35,913 nt of DNA from Octopus bimaculoides (lineage: Eukaryota), in assembly GCF_001194135.2 (NCBI RefSeq), contig NC_068988.1:28924716-28960628 (forward strand). The letters are read 5' to 3'. How positions within the stretch are numbered: position 1 is the first letter of the stretch; the number at the start of each line of letters is the position of its first letter. The translations under genes were made by a program, and so were the position numbers. The notes beneath the pieces are model-generated. The model had not been told where the DNA came from. It worked only from the letters and a program-made list of their open reading frames with translations, and did not search any database. This document shows positions 35,788 to 35,913 of the stretch, piece after piece.

Positions 35788-35913
35788 ATCATGGACAGAC
35801 GGTAGACACATCGGCTCCCATGTAAGTTGCATTTTTCACCTCTTAAAAGACCTATTTTGTTTTTAAATTTTGTATAAGTTGTGTATAACACAAAATACTT
35901 CGTGAATATATAT

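Overview
AT-rich, gapped eukaryotic genomic DNA, almost entirely repeat-derived. The SINE families and the dense (TA)n/(CA)n/(TATG)n/(TATC)n microsatellites suggest a coleoid cephalopod, probably Octopus (pattern recognition, not a search). There is no complete gene, and nearly all ORFs in the track are artefacts of N gaps, microsatellites or SINEs. Supported content: at least 12 copies of a tRNA-headed Meta-domain-like SINE with interchangeable 3' tails; a second tRNA-SINE; CORE-like SINE pieces; decayed relics of Penelope-like elements (RT and GIY-YIG), a CR1/Jockey-group LINE, an R4-like LINE, a HERO/NeSL-like RLE LINE and an RTE LINE; a Helitron-type 3' end; a piggyBac-like MITE inside a 15-bp minisatellite; and a few weak candidate exons. 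The most interesting signal is two unrelated-looking motifs (1685-1736 +, 7295-7352 -). Each has the hammerhead ribozyme core elements (GUA triplet, GAAA, CUGANGA) and covarying stems I and III, but in a non-circularly permuted strand order. One lies 26 nt after the stop codon of the RLE-LINE relic.
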